Source: Mycobacterium sp.
GTDB lineage: Bacteria; Actinomycetota; Actinomycetes; Mycobacteriales; Mycobacteriaceae
Reading direction: 5' to 3'
NCBI RefSeq assembly: GCF_052143115.1
Contig: NZ_JBKQTQ010000252.1
Span: forward strand, 9,777 to 73,776
Length of the DNA stretch: 64,000 bases
Shown here: positions 51,114 to 61,250 of the stretch, piece after piece
Numbering within the stretch: the first letter of the stretch is position 1
Layout: every line of letters begins with the position of its first letter
Notes under the pieces: generated by a model
What the model saw: the letters and a program-made list of their open reading frames with translations, nothing else
What the model was told of the DNA's origin: nothing
Databases searched by the model: none
Made by a program: the position numbers and the translations under genes

Positions 51114-52202
51114 CTATCGCTTGAAACGCCCCGCGAACCCGCGCAAGGGCAGGTCGGCGCTGGTGATGAGTCCGGGCCGCGCGGCGACTACCGACGTGAT
51201 CGCATTGAGGGCAGGCAGGCCGGTCACGGTCATGCCGATGGAGGCGAAATTCTCCGGATTGGACAGGTCGACGCCCGGTTTGGGGAAGATCATGTGCTTG
51301 TTGTAGACGCACGGGTCACCGGCGATTTGGGTGATGTAGCAGCCTTTGATGTTCCAGCTCGGATCGGTGTGCGGGGTCATCTGCCACTCCAGATGCGTCT
51401 CGACCCGAGGAACCCCGTCCGCGATGCCCTGGTATTTGATGTAGTTACCACCCAGCGAACCCTTGGGCAGCGTGTACCAGCCCAGGTCTACGTCCTTGGT
51501 GCACGCGCCCAGCTCATAGCTGAATTTGACTTCGTCGAGCGGCAGATCGAAGCAGTCGGCCATCATCAGCACGCTGTCGGCAAAGACGCGGGTGTACTTC
51601 TCCAGCTTCGCCGGGATTTTCGGATCGTCGACCGGCAAGCCGTAGCCGACCTCGATCCAGGTGTCTTTGGAGTGATGACACGACACATCCACCGATTCGA
51701 TGGTGGTGATGTTCTCGATCTCGGCGACGTCCGCCGAACACACCACGCCCAGAATCTGATTCAGCCCCGGATTCATCCCGGTGCCGTAGAACGTGGCGCC
51801 GCCTTTCTCGCACGCCTCCTGCAGAAGCTGGGTTACCGGCTTGCCAGACGGATGCGGGTGATTCTTGTCGCGGTGCCACCCGGTGATCCAGTCGGCGGTG
51901 GTGACAATGTTGATTCCCGCCTCGAGGACTTTGACGTACAGGTCCTCGTCGGGGAACACCCCGTGGAAGGTGAGGACGTCCGGTTTGGCCGCGATGATCT
52001 CCTCGATGCTGCCGGTCGCCTCCACCCCATTGGCAGCCAAACCGACCAGCTCGCCGGTGTCCTTGCCGATCTTTTCCGGTGAGTAGCAGTGCACACCAAC
52101 GAGCTCCAGGTCAGGCTGCGCGGCGATCCGCTTGATCATCTCCGAGCCGACGTTTCCGGTGGCTACCTGGAACACGCGAATCGGTGCAGCGGGTGCATTC
52201 AT
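51114..52202 (-). CDS. DapB-like NAD(P)-dependent oxidoreductase (amine dehydrogenase-like)
   Basis: VATGNVG, GTGMNPG, ALNAI...PG...DLPL. Confidence 0.85.
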   Translation of the reverse strand: MNAPAAPIRVFQVATGNVGSEMIKRIAAQPDLELVGVHCYSPEKIGKDTGELVGLAANGVEATGSIEEIIAAKPDVLTFHGVFPDEDLYVKVLEAGINIVTTADWITGWHRDKNHPHPSGKPVTQLLQEACEKGGATFYGTGMNPGLNQILGVVCSADVAEIENITTIESVDVSCHHSKDTWIEVGYGLPVDDPKIPAKLEKYTRVFADSVLMMADCFDLPLDEVKFSYELGACTKDVDLGWYTLPKGSLGGNYIKYQGIADGVPRVETHLEWQMTPHTDPSWNIKGCYITQIAGDPCVYNKHMIFPKPGVDLSNPENFASIGMTVTGLPALNAITSVVAARPGLITSADLPLRGFAGRFKR

Positions 52203-52207
52203 TCGGT

Positions 52208-53233
52208 TCAGCCTTTCTGCGATGCGGCATAGACGTCGGCGGCGCTGCCACCAATGCCGTCGGGATAAAATTGCTTGGCCCACTTGCGAATTGCGGTGAA
52301 GCCCTCATACTCTGCGGTGGCCAGTGCGGGCGGATCCGCGTAGCGCTGGTGCCCCCAGATGTGGACATCCTGCTCGAACTGCCGGATCACTTCCTGTCCG
52401 AATTCTCGCGCCTTAGTCTCGGCCCGCGCCGGATCCTTGCCCGGCGTCCGGCCGATGTAGACGATGAACCGCACGTCGGAGGTGGACTCGTCGACCGGGG
52501 TGATCGCGGAGATGGTGCGGTTGTCGACCATGCCCCAACTCTTGGTCACCGCGATTCCCAGACCGCCGTTGATGGCCTCCACGCGGCTTTCGATGTCCTC
52601 GATCTTCTGGTTGTCATCTCCTTCGAAGGTGATCGTGAAGTCGACGAAGGACACTGGTTCGTCGAAGTCGTGGCGGGTGAAGACCGGCACGATCGGAGTG
52701 TTGTGCACGTACTTGAAATGGGCGAAGTCCACGCCGTTTTCGAGCACGTACTGCGGGTGCATCTCCAGGCGTTCCCGATACAACCGCTGCTGCGGGTAGT
52801 AGTCGTCGGCGCTGCTGCCGTCGTTGAATCCGGCGAACACGTCCGGCGCATCGAAATACGGCTGACGACCGTCCACGTCGTGCCAGATGTAGACCGATTC
52901 GTTGCGCTCGACCACCGGATAGGTGCGGAGCCGCCGGCCGCGATTGGGGCGATCCTGATACGGGATACGAACGTTGCGGCCCTGCTGGCTCCACTGCCAC
53001 CCGTGAAACGGGCACTGCAATACCTCGCCGACGACCTTGCCGCCGTAACCCATGTGTGCGCCGAGATGTTCGCAGTAAGCGTTCATCAGGGTGAGCTGGC
53101 CGGACTCGGCACGCCAGGCAACCATCTCCTGGTCGAAATACTTCATCGTGTGGACATCGCCGATGCCGATCTCGTCGGACCATGCGACTTGGAACCACCC
53201 GGTCGGTTTCATCGACAACGGCGGTTTAGCCAT
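52208..53233 (-). CDS. Rieske non-heme iron oxygenase (KshA-like)
   Basis: CEH...CPFH Rieske motif; ENGVDFAHFKYVH Fe site. Confidence 0.9.
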   Translation of the reverse strand: MAKPPLSMKPTGWFQVAWSDEIGIGDVHTMKYFDQEMVAWRAESGQLTLMNAYCEHLGAHMGYGGKVVGEVLQCPFHGWQWSQQGRNVRIPYQDRPNRGRRLRTYPVVERNESVYIWHDVDGRQPYFDAPDVFAGFNDGSSADDYYPQQRLYRERLEMHPQYVLENGVDFAHFKYVHNTPIVPVFTRHDFDEPVSFVDFTITFEGDDNQKIEDIESRVEAINGGLGIAVTKSWGMVDNRTISAITPVDESTSDVRFIVYIGRTPGKDPARAETKAREFGQEVIRQFEQDVHIWGHQRYADPPALATAEYEGFTAIRKWAKQFYPDGIGGSAADVYAASQKG

Positions 53234-53297
53234 GTCACCTCGTCCTTTCTGTGGCCGCAGGGCGACGTCAGGAATCATAGTCAGCTCAACGAAAAAA

Positions 53298-53315
53298 TCC
53301 TAGTGGGCACTATGA
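53298..53315. promoter_or_regulatory. Putative TetR operator
   Basis: TC-C-TAGTG-GG-CACTA-T-GA palindrome between the divergent Rieske and TetR genes. Confidence 0.55.
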
Positions 53316-53346
53316 AAGTGCGGCAGACCGGCTAGCATCCAATGCA

Positions 53347-53985
53347 ATGACGCAAGCGGAAGTGCATCAACGGCGCAGCAATAAGCGCGGGCTGGCCACC
53401 CGCCAGACGATGCTCGACGCCGCGGTGCGCTCGCTGGCCTCCGGTGATCCGGGCGCGGTGTCGGCAACCCGCATTGCCAAGGAGAGCGGCGCTACCTGGG
53501 GTGCGGTGCAGTATCAGTTCGGCGACGTGGACGGGTTCTGGGCAGCCGTGCTGCACCGGACCGCCGAGCGCCGTGATGCGACGTTGTCCGCATGGTCAAG
53601 CGTCAAACCGGGCGCACCCCTACGTGAGCGGGTTGGTGCGATCATCGACACCCTCTACCACGGGCTGGCGTCGGAGGATTCCCGCGCGATTGAGAATCTG
53701 CGGGCGGCGCTGCCCCGTAACCATCACGAGCTGGAACGTCTCTATCCGCGTACCGCTGCTGAATTGTTCTCCTGGGGTAAGAGCTGGCAGGAAACCTGCC
53801 AAAGCGCCTTCGCTGGTCTCGGTGTCGACCCACAGCGAGTCCGCGAGGTGGCCGCTCTGATCCCCGGTGCGATGCGTGGGCTGGTCTCCGAGCGGCAGCT
53901 CGGCTCTTACGCCGACCTTGACGAAGCCCGGCGAGGGCTAACCAACGCTCTGGCAACCTATCTCGACCTATCGCGTCGATCGTGA
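53347..53985 (+). CDS. TetR-family regulator
   Basis: RIAKESGATWGAVQYQF HTH. Confidence 0.88.
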   Translation: MTQAEVHQRRSNKRGLATRQTMLDAAVRSLASGDPGAVSATRIAKESGATWGAVQYQFGDVDGFWAAVLHRTAERRDATLSAWSSVKPGAPLRERVGAIIDTLYHGLASEDSRAIENLRAALPRNHHELERLYPRTAAELFSWGKSWQETCQSAFAGLGVDPQRVREVAALIPGAMRGLVSERQLGSYADLDEARRGLTNALATYLDLSRRS

Positions 53986-53993
53986 TCGAGCGA

Positions 53994-55208
53994 TCAGGAG
54001 ACGGCGAGCTGCAGATGCTCTCGGCGCCGGACCAGGATGCTGGGTAGCCAGTCCCCGACGTCGGCAGCCTCGATCAAGCTCGTGCGCTCGAGCAGCATCC
54101 CCAATACGATGCGCGCTTCCAAGCGTGCCAGCGCGGCTCCCACACAGAAGTGCACGCCTTTGCCGAACGTCACGTGATCTTTCGCGCTGCTGCGATCGAG
54201 GCGGAAATCGTTGGGTGTCTCGACGTGGGCCGGGTCGCGGTTTGCCGCCCCCCACATCAGCAGCAGATGGGAGTCGGCGGGTAACTCGACCCCGGCAAGG
54301 GTTGTATCGCGCAGCACATGTCGAAAGTGGCCGCGGAACGGCGCCTCGAAGCGCAACGCCTCTTCGATGAAAGCTCCTAATAATCTTGGGTTTTCACGAA
54401 CCTGCCGTTGGATTTCGGGGCGATCGGTGAGAATCCAGGCCGCGCTGCCCAACAGCGACGCCGTCGATTCGCCGGCCGCGCCAAAGAGCGTGAGCATGAT
54501 CGACAGCGCCGGGGTTTGCTCCAACTCGCCCGACGCGCAGCGGGCGGCCACATCACCGATCAGGCTGTGTTCAGCGTTGGCGCTCGCTTTCTCGAAATAT
54601 TTCAAGACGTACCTGGACAGTTCTATGGCGGCCATTCCGGCCGCTTGGAGTTGGTCAGGGGTGACGATCCCGTCGAGCAGCGTGGTGGCGGCGTATCCGA
54701 GCCGAATGAGTTTGTCGACGTCGTCAGCGGGCAGGCCCAGCAGCCTGGCGACTACCATCATGGGCAGCCGATTCGCCATGGCGCTCATCCACTCGATCTG
54801 CCCGTCGTGCAGATTCTCTTCCCACAACCGGTCGGCGGTGTTGGCCGCGAACTCTTCGATGATCCGAACCCGCTTCGCCGACAAGTGCGGCAACAAGATT
54901 CTGCGGTGCATCGCATGCACCGGATCGTCCGCGGTGGCCAAGGCGTGCGAGGGATCCCCGGGCGGCCCCATGTCGAATGGAGTGACGGTGCCGTCATCGT
55001 GGTAGACCATGGTCGCGGTGAGGTTCGACGAAAAATCCTCGACCCGTTCGACGGCCTCCAGCAATGCATCCCAACCGCACACGACGTAGAACGCCGACTC
55101 GCCGATGCGATGAACGGGCGCCTCTGCGCGCATGCGGTCATATAGCGGATAAGGATCCTGTAGCGCGTCGGGGCTGAAGAACTGGGTCGGATCATCCACG
55201 ACCGTCAT
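53994..55208 (-). CDS. Cytochrome P450, CYP144-like
   Basis: EALR, FGKGVHFCVG, DFSSNLTATM; divergent from an Rv1776c-like TetR. Confidence 0.85.
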   Translation of the reverse strand: MTVVDDPTQFFSPDALQDPYPLYDRMRAEAPVHRIGESAFYVVCGWDALLEAVERVEDFSSNLTATMVYHDDGTVTPFDMGPPGDPSHALATADDPVHAMHRRILLPHLSAKRVRIIEEFAANTADRLWEENLHDGQIEWMSAMANRLPMMVVARLLGLPADDVDKLIRLGYAATTLLDGIVTPDQLQAAGMAAIELSRYVLKYFEKASANAEHSLIGDVAARCASGELEQTPALSIMLTLFGAAGESTASLLGSAAWILTDRPEIQRQVRENPRLLGAFIEEALRFEAPFRGHFRHVLRDTTLAGVELPADSHLLLMWGAANRDPAHVETPNDFRLDRSSAKDHVTFGKGVHFCVGAALARLEARIVLGMLLERTSLIEAADVGDWLPSILVRRREHLQLAVS

Positions 55209-55328
55209 GGGTTCAGGCTGGACGCCGCCAGGGGCAGCGTCAACGGTGCGCGGCAAAGTTGAGGAACGCCTCATAGCCTGTGCCGCCTGCGGCTCAAATC
55301 GCCTGTATGGCTCCACCTGGGCATTATT

Positions 55329-55356
55329 GTGAGAAAAACCAGCTGAAAATTCTCAC
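55329..55356. promoter_or_regulatory. Putative TetR operator
   Basis: GTGAGAA-N14-TTCTCAC inverted repeat between the divergent P450 and TetR genes. Confidence 0.55.
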
Positions 55357-55403
55357 GCTGAGAGAACTATTTCAGCAGTTCGTGATCGAGGGAGGTCAGC
55401 CGG

Positions 55404-55958
55404 ATGCCACGCCACGACTGGCTGGTCGGACGGGATCGCCAAAGCGAAGCCGCTGAACGGATCTATGCCGCGGCGGCCGATCTGATTGCCCGCCGGGGAT
55501 ACGAAGCCTTCACCATCGAGGCCTTGGCAGCGCGGGTCCACTGCTCGCCCGCCACGATTTACCGCCATGCTGGCGGCAAAGCTGCCATCCGCGACGCCGT
55601 CGTCGGTATCCAAGCAGCGCGCATCGTCGACACGGCGCGTCAAGCCATCAAAGACCTCAAGGGCCCAGACCGGGTGGTGACCGCGACGATCGTCGCCCTG
55701 CAGGGTCTGCAATCGGATCCGCTGGCCCACTTGATGCAGTCGACGCACGCGACTCCGGTCAGCGAATGGATCACCAGCTCACCCGCCGTGACCGGGTTTG
55801 CCGCCGAAATGCTCGGCCTCGAGAACGACGACCCGCTCGCCGCGCAGTGGCTCATTCGCGTGTTCTTGGCTCTGTGGTGCTGGCCGCTCAAAGACCCTGA
55901 CGTCCAACGCACCATGCTGCAACGCTTCCTCGGGCCGCCCTACAGCAGCGACAACTGA
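55404..55958 (+). CDS. TetR-family regulator (Rv1776c-like)
   Basis: LAARVHCSPATIYRHAGGK; GGGAGG RBS. Confidence 0.88.
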   Translation: MPRHDWLVGRDRQSEAAERIYAAAADLIARRGYEAFTIEALAARVHCSPATIYRHAGGKAAIRDAVVGIQAARIVDTARQAIKDLKGPDRVVTATIVALQGLQSDPLAHLMQSTHATPVSEWITSSPAVTGFAAEMLGLENDDPLAAQWLIRVFLALWCWPLKDPDVQRTMLQRFLGPPYSSDN

Positions 55959-55983
55959 ACTCGTCAGTCAGCACTATCTCTTC

Positions 55984-56001
55984 AACGGCGGTGCCGCCGT
56001 T
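55984..56001 (+). terminator. Hairpin after TetR, probable terminator
   Basis: AACGGCG-GTGC-CGCCGTT perfect stem; no long U-tail. Confidence 0.5.
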
Positions 56002-56039
56002 CACGCAACAACGGAGGATTCGACGATAAATTGTCGGTC

Positions 56040-56150
56040 ATGACTAAGACCAGCACCGTTCACATGATCATCGGCGGGGGCGGCGGCGGCCGCAGCCCCG
56101 GAGGCGGCGGGGGCGGCCGCCTTGGCGGTGGTGGCGGTGGCGGCCGCTAG
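56040..56150 (+). CDS. Leaderless poly-glycine small ORF (36 aa)
   Basis: MTKTSTVHMIIGGGGGGRSPGGGGGGRLGGGGGGGR*; TAAATT -10 box (56027-56032) 7 nt before ATG; mixed Gly codons. Confidence 0.5.
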   Translation: MTKTSTVHMIIGGGGGGRSPGGGGGGRLGGGGGGGR

Positions 56151-56393
56151 GGCCGAAAAACCGCTTCTCCCTACTTTTCGCCCCTGAGCTCCCACCTGCG
56201 GGGCTAGGGCGCGCGGACGGCACTTTAAATTGTTGCGGCGCAGTCGATTTCGCGACGCCTCGGCGAGCCGGTTGAAGCCGTCGACGAGTTCGCCTCAAGT
56301 AGTTGAAAATAATGGCGTGAAGTCTGCGATGGTTACGGCCGACGTCGCTTTCCGGCTCGAAGCCGTCCTCCCTTGTCGTCGGCAGGCTCGCAC

Positions 56394-57871
56394 ATGAAGG
56401 TACGCGACGTCGCGCCGACGAGCAGGGTGATGGTAGTGGCGATCATGGTGTCGATGGTCGCCTTCCTTGACAGCACCGTCGTGAACTTGGCCCTGCCAGC
56501 CATCGAACGCGCCATCGGTGGCGGGCTCGCTACCCGCAATGGGTCGTGGATGGTTATTTGCTGGCCTTGGCAGCCATGATCCTGCCGGGCGGTTCCATCT
56601 CGGATCTGTTCGGTCGTGTACCGATATTGCGTTTCGGGCTGACGGCGTTTGGTACAGGTTCGATATTGGCGGCTACCGCGGTCTCCCGGGCGATGTTGAT
56701 CACCGGACGCGTTATCCAAGGATTGGGTGGTGCGTTTTTGGTGCCCGGGCCACTGGCGCTGATCGACTCCGCATTCGACCGCGCAAACCGATCCGCAGCT
56801 ATAGGTACTTGGACCGCCTGGACGGGCACCGCTTTTGCGGTGGGACCGCTGCTTGGCGGGCTGGTCGTGGACTTCCTGAGCTGGCGATGGATCTATTTCT
56901 TGTCGGCCTTCCCGATGGTCATCGCCTTCGCGTTGACATTTTGGCTATGTCCGATGCCCGCTCCCTCCGAACACGCCCGCGTCGACGTCGTCGGCGCGGC
57001 GTTGTCGGCGGTCGGCCTGAGCGCCACGGTGTTTGCACTCATCGAATCTCAGCGACGCGGATGGGCCGACCCTCTCGTCACCGCATCGACGGTCTTGGGG
57101 GTTGCGGCGTTGCTGGCGTTCATACCGTGGGAGCGCCACGCGCCTCACCCCATGCTGCCGTTGAACCTGTTCGCAAACCGAAACTTCGCCGGTGCCAACC
57201 TGACGACCGCATTGGTCTACGGCGGCTTATCGATGGGCTCACTTTCCATCGCGCTCTACACCCAAGAGGTTGCCGGATATTCGGCCACCGTCGCGGGTTT
57301 GGTCACCTTGCCCAGCCCCATCATTTCGTTTGTATTCGCGAGGCGCGTCGGGGCCATCGCCGCCCGGATCGGACCTCGACTTTTCGTGACGACGGGACCG
57401 GTACTGGCCGGGGTCGGCTACCTGCTCATCCGCCCTGCCGCACCTGGATTCCACGTGGTCACAGACCTGCTGCCCGGAATGATCGTGTTGGCCATCGGCG
57501 CGGTGCTCACCAGTACACCGTTGACTGCACTGAATTTGTCATCCGTCGAGCCCGAGCACGGAGGAATCGCCTCAGCAATACAAAACGTCGTGGGCCGCCT
57601 TTCTGCGCTGATCGCGACGGCCTGTGTGGGGCTGATCGCCGCCAGCACGCTGGCCGATGCCAGCTTCGCACGGGTGCTGCAAGTCGCCGCGGTGTTGTTC
57701 TTCATCGCCGCCGCCATCGGCGCCGTCACCATCACCAACCCGACCGTTCCCGTTGAGCCCGTTTCCTGTGAAGTCGCTGCGCTATGCCGCGACCGTCACG
57801 ACGCCCACCCCCAGCTGGCCCACGCGTCAGTCGACGGCGGCCGCCTCGCCGCTGAGGATCAGGGTTCCTGA
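56394..57871 (+). pseudogene. DHA2-type MFS efflux transporter, frameshifted near the 5' end
   Basis: FLDSTVVNLALP is out of frame with QWVVDGYLL...GGSISDLFGR; 1-nt deletion at ACC-CG-CAA-TGG (~56536). Confidence 0.8.
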
Positions 57872-57919
57872 AATCGGCGATGCCCACGCGAAGCCTTCAG
57901 TGGCTGGAAGACTACTGGC

Positions 57920-58462
57920 ATGCCGGCGATTAGCAGCATCGTGCGTCAGGCTGTCCCCGAGGATGCGAACGCCTGCGTGGCGATTTACCGCCCCTATGTC
58001 GAAGACACGGCGATCAGTTGGGAACTCGAAGTACCGCCGGTGGACGAGATGGCTGCGCGTATCGCCGGACTGCGCGCCACCCACGAATGGCTCGTCTTGG
58101 AACGCGAGGATCAGATCGTCGGCTTCGCCTACGGGCAGCCGCTGAAGCGCCTGGGTACCTTCCAATGGTCAACTGAGACGGGCATCTATATGCGCGCGGA
58201 CCATCAGCGCACCGGCGGTGGCCGCGAACTGTACACGCAACTACTGCGCCGGCTCACCGAACGTGGTTATCGCCAAGCCTTCGCCGGCATCACCCAACCG
58301 AACGAGGCCAGTAACGGTTTTCATCGATCCTTGGGATTTCAGGATGTCGGCCGGTACCGGTACGCGGAATGGAAACACGGCAGCTGGCACGACATCGTAT
58401 GGATGCAACTCGATCTGCTCGACGCTGCCGAGCAGCAGCGACCGCCCGGGCCAATCGTCTGA
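57920..58462 (+). CDS. GNAT acetyltransferase (phosphinothricin acetyltransferase-like)
   Basis: TAISWELEVP, GGGRELY, PNEASNGFHRSLGF, KHGSWHD. Confidence 0.88.
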   Translation: MPAISSIVRQAVPEDANACVAIYRPYVEDTAISWELEVPPVDEMAARIAGLRATHEWLVLEREDQIVGFAYGQPLKRLGTFQWSTETGIYMRADHQRTGGGRELYTQLLRRLTERGYRQAFAGITQPNEASNGFHRSLGFQDVGRYRYAEWKHGSWHDIVWMQLDLLDAAEQQRPPGPIV

Positions 58463-58488
58463 CCGGCGCTGATTGATATGGTCCGGTC

Positions 58489-58683
58489 ATGACAGTCGCG
58501 AGTGGACGCCTGGCGGATTTCGTGGTCGATCGGCGCATGGTGATCACGGCGCTCGCACTACCCATCGGTGCGCTGTCAGCGGCCGCAGCGTGGTGCCTAC
58601 TCAGGTTGATCGGGCTGGTCACCAATCTTGTCTTCTACCAACGGTGGTCCGTCGAGCGTCCTCGCCTGTTTGGCAAGCCGTGA
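58489..58683 (+). pseudogene. 5' fragment of a ClC chloride channel-like gene
   Basis: RLADF...LLRLIGLVTNLVFYQRWS resembles the N-terminus of ClC-CBS proteins; stops after 64 aa. Confidence 0.55.
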
Positions 58684-59121
58684 TTGATTCAATCCCAGTA
58701 CCGCGCACCAGTATTTATGCAGCTCACCACGCCTTTCACGGCCCGATTTCGACAGGCGTGAACTAAACGTGAACTGAGCCGACGGCGGTTGGCTAGGGTC
58801 GTCTCGGCCGACACCGGCCCGCAAGCCGACCAGTTTCCCCTCGGGCTCGTTTGTGGATCATGCGGCCGCTGCGCGACGCATTATCCGCTTGGCAGCTTCA
58901 GCACCCGGTCTGCTCGTGTTTGGGCACTTCCGCCTAGAACCATGCCTCGATGCCGAGGCGAGTCGAGTAGCTCACTACTCTATTCCCGCTGCCCTGCTGA
59001 GGCTTACCTTCAGCGCGGCGGCGAAAGGTGTGACTGATCCAAGAGCCGACTCCTTGTGCGACTCGAAGACCGGCCAAGCCTGTCGCGGCCGAGATTTCTT
59101 CGAATCTATTGGGAGGTCGCC

Positions 59122-60513
59122 GTGGCGAAGATTGGTGGGCATGCGGTCGTCTTGGGGGCAAGTATGAGCGGTCTACTTGCTGCCAGGGTGCTGTCCGACT
59201 TCTATCGAACTGTCACCGTTGTCGAGCGCGATGTGCTTCCGACCGGTAGCGCGCAACGACGCGGTGTGCCCCAGGGCCAGCACGCTCATGCGCTGTGGCC
59301 GCGGGGGTCGCAAATATTGGATACGCTCTTTGCTGGTCTCCTCAACGAACTCGTCGCCGACGGCTGCACGGTCTGGGATGACGGCGACTTGTCCAGGTTC
59401 TGTTTTTGCTTTGGTGGGCACCAATTTGTCCGGTCTGGCCGCTTTCCCGATTTTCAACCGAGCGACGCGGGGTACTACCCGAGTCGTCCATTCCTGGAGG
59501 GTCATTGCCGTCGGCGGGTATGCGCAATTCCCAATGTGGCGCTGATGGACGGCCACGATGTCGACGGCTTGACCTCAGATGATGCTGGCAGCCGCATCAC
59601 CGGGGTCAGCGTCACGTCCCGATCAGGCGGCGAAAAGCGTTCCCTCACTGCGGATCTGGTCGTGGACGCCACGGGTAGGGGGTCGCGCACACCGGCATTT
59701 CTGACACATCTCGGCTATGACCGCCCAGTCGAGGACGAGGTGGTGATGCGACTTACCTACGCCAGCCGGCTGCTGCAAATTCCGGCCGGCATGCACAAAG
59801 AGGTATTGGTGCTCATCGGGCAGGTTCCACGGCGGCCAACCGGCATGGCATTATTCGCCTACGAAAACAATACGTGGATGCTGACCGTGTTCGGGATGGT
59901 GGGACGCGAACCCCCTGCCGACCACGTGGGGATGCTGCGCTTCATCGAGGACTTCACGCCCGCTCATGTGATGTCCGCGCTGCGGTGCGCTGAACCGCTC
60001 GGGGAGGTGGCGCGGTATCGCACCCCGTCCAGTCGGTGGCGCCGCTACGACAAGATGCGACGGTTCCCGGCCGGTCTGCTGGTCTTTGGCGACGCCATAG
60101 CCAGTTTCGACCCGATCTACGGCCAGGGGATGACGGTGGCCGCCGTGCAGGCCGTGGAGCTTGATCGCTGTCTGCGCGGCGGCTCAAATAACCTGGCGGC
60201 GCGGTATTTCCGGGCTGCGGCCAAACCCATCGGCGTGGCTTGGCAACTCGCGGTGGGGGGTGATCTGACCGTTCCCGAGGTTGAGGGACCCCGGCCGCTG
60301 TCGACGCGGCTGACGAGCAAATACGTCGATCGGGTGCAGGCCGCCGCCGAGACGGACACCATCGTCGCCAAGCGGTTCCTTCGAGTAGCGGGTTTCCGCG
60401 ATTCGCCTGCCAGTCTCATGCTGCCCTCAGTCATGCTCAGAGTCGCAGCAACCAACTGGCGGCAGGCGCGCGCACGCCGACGCGAGCAAATACCTGCGGC
60501 TGCTGTGAGATGA
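59122..60513 (+). CDS. FAD-dependent oxidoreductase
   Basis: AVVLGASMSGL, GVPQGQHAH, VDATGRGS, GDA...PIYGQGM; GGGAGG RBS. Confidence 0.9.
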   Translation: MAKIGGHAVVLGASMSGLLAARVLSDFYRTVTVVERDVLPTGSAQRRGVPQGQHAHALWPRGSQILDTLFAGLLNELVADGCTVWDDGDLSRFCFCFGGHQFVRSGRFPDFQPSDAGYYPSRPFLEGHCRRRVCAIPNVALMDGHDVDGLTSDDAGSRITGVSVTSRSGGEKRSLTADLVVDATGRGSRTPAFLTHLGYDRPVEDEVVMRLTYASRLLQIPAGMHKEVLVLIGQVPRRPTGMALFAYENNTWMLTVFGMVGREPPADHVGMLRFIEDFTPAHVMSALRCAEPLGEVARYRTPSSRWRRYDKMRRFPAGLLVFGDAIASFDPIYGQGMTVAAVQAVELDRCLRGGSNNLAARYFRAAAKPIGVAWQLAVGGDLTVPEVEGPRPLSTRLTSKYVDRVQAAAETDTIVAKRFLRVAGFRDSPASLMLPSVMLRVAATNWRQARARRREQIPAAAVR

Positions 60514-60713
60514 CAGCGGCGGGGTTGTCCTGCGGATCGTGCGGCACCGAACTGACCGAGAAGGCCAAGTTCTGTAGCCAGTGCGGTGTAGCCGTTTCGG
60601 CGGGCACGAAACCCGCCGAATACAAGCAGGTCACCGTCTTGTTCGCCGACGTCGTGCATTCAATGGACATCGCCGCGGCGGTGGGTGCCGAGCGGCTGCT
60701 CGACGAATGGTGA
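60510..60713 (+). pseudogene. 5' fragment of a zinc-ribbon / class III adenylate cyclase gene
   Basis: CGSC...FCSQCG ribbon followed by KQVTVLFADVV, then a stop after 67 aa; ATGA-coupled. Confidence 0.8.
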
Positions 60714-61015
60714 ACCGATCCCGCGAGCTGGAACCGAACGACGCCTGGCCTCACGTCCAACACAGTGTGGATGACGGTGAACGCCAAGCCCTACGCGATG
60801 AAGGACTCAACCCCGACGACGCCGCACTCATCGCGGCGATAGACCTTGTCCGGTGGGAACTTTCGCTCGCAACGCGGCCGCCCGACGGGAGTCCGCGCAC
60901 GTGTCCAGGCCACCACAAGGACGACAAATTGGCCGAACTATGGCTAGGGCCGCGCATAGCGGCGTGCGAACGTTGGGGTTCAGAATCCATCCCGGAGCCA
61001 ACTCCGGCGCGCTAA
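60707..61015 (+). CDS. Hypothetical protein
   Basis: ALRDEGLNPDD..IAAIDLVRWELSL segment looks coding; C-terminus doubtful. Confidence 0.4.
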   Translation: MVNRSRELEPNDAWPHVQHSVDDGERQALRDEGLNPDDAALIAAIDLVRWELSLATRPPDGSPRTCPGHHKDDKLAELWLGPRIAACERWGSESIPEPTPAR

Positions 61016-61028
61016 CTCCGGTAGCTGT

Positions 61029-61250
61029 TCAGCTCCGAACCGTCGGGGTGAAGCGGGCCATGCCGCGCAGGATCCATGGTGTGCGCCTGGCCATTACCGC
61101 TACGGCGCGGTCCGAGCGGCGCATCGCGATCCGCGGTCCGGGGGTGGGCGTTGACGCCAGTTCTGCCTCGGCCGATCCGGCCGGCGGGCCGAGGCGATTG
61201 ACCGCCAGCAGTTGCCAGGTGCCGGGCACGCCGCGCAGCTCGACGGTGCT
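61029..61250 (-). pseudogene. 3' remnant of a class III adenylate/guanylate cyclase gene
   Basis: TVELRGVPGTWQLLAV matches the cyclase C-terminal ELKG motif; no 5' part. Confidence 0.65.
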
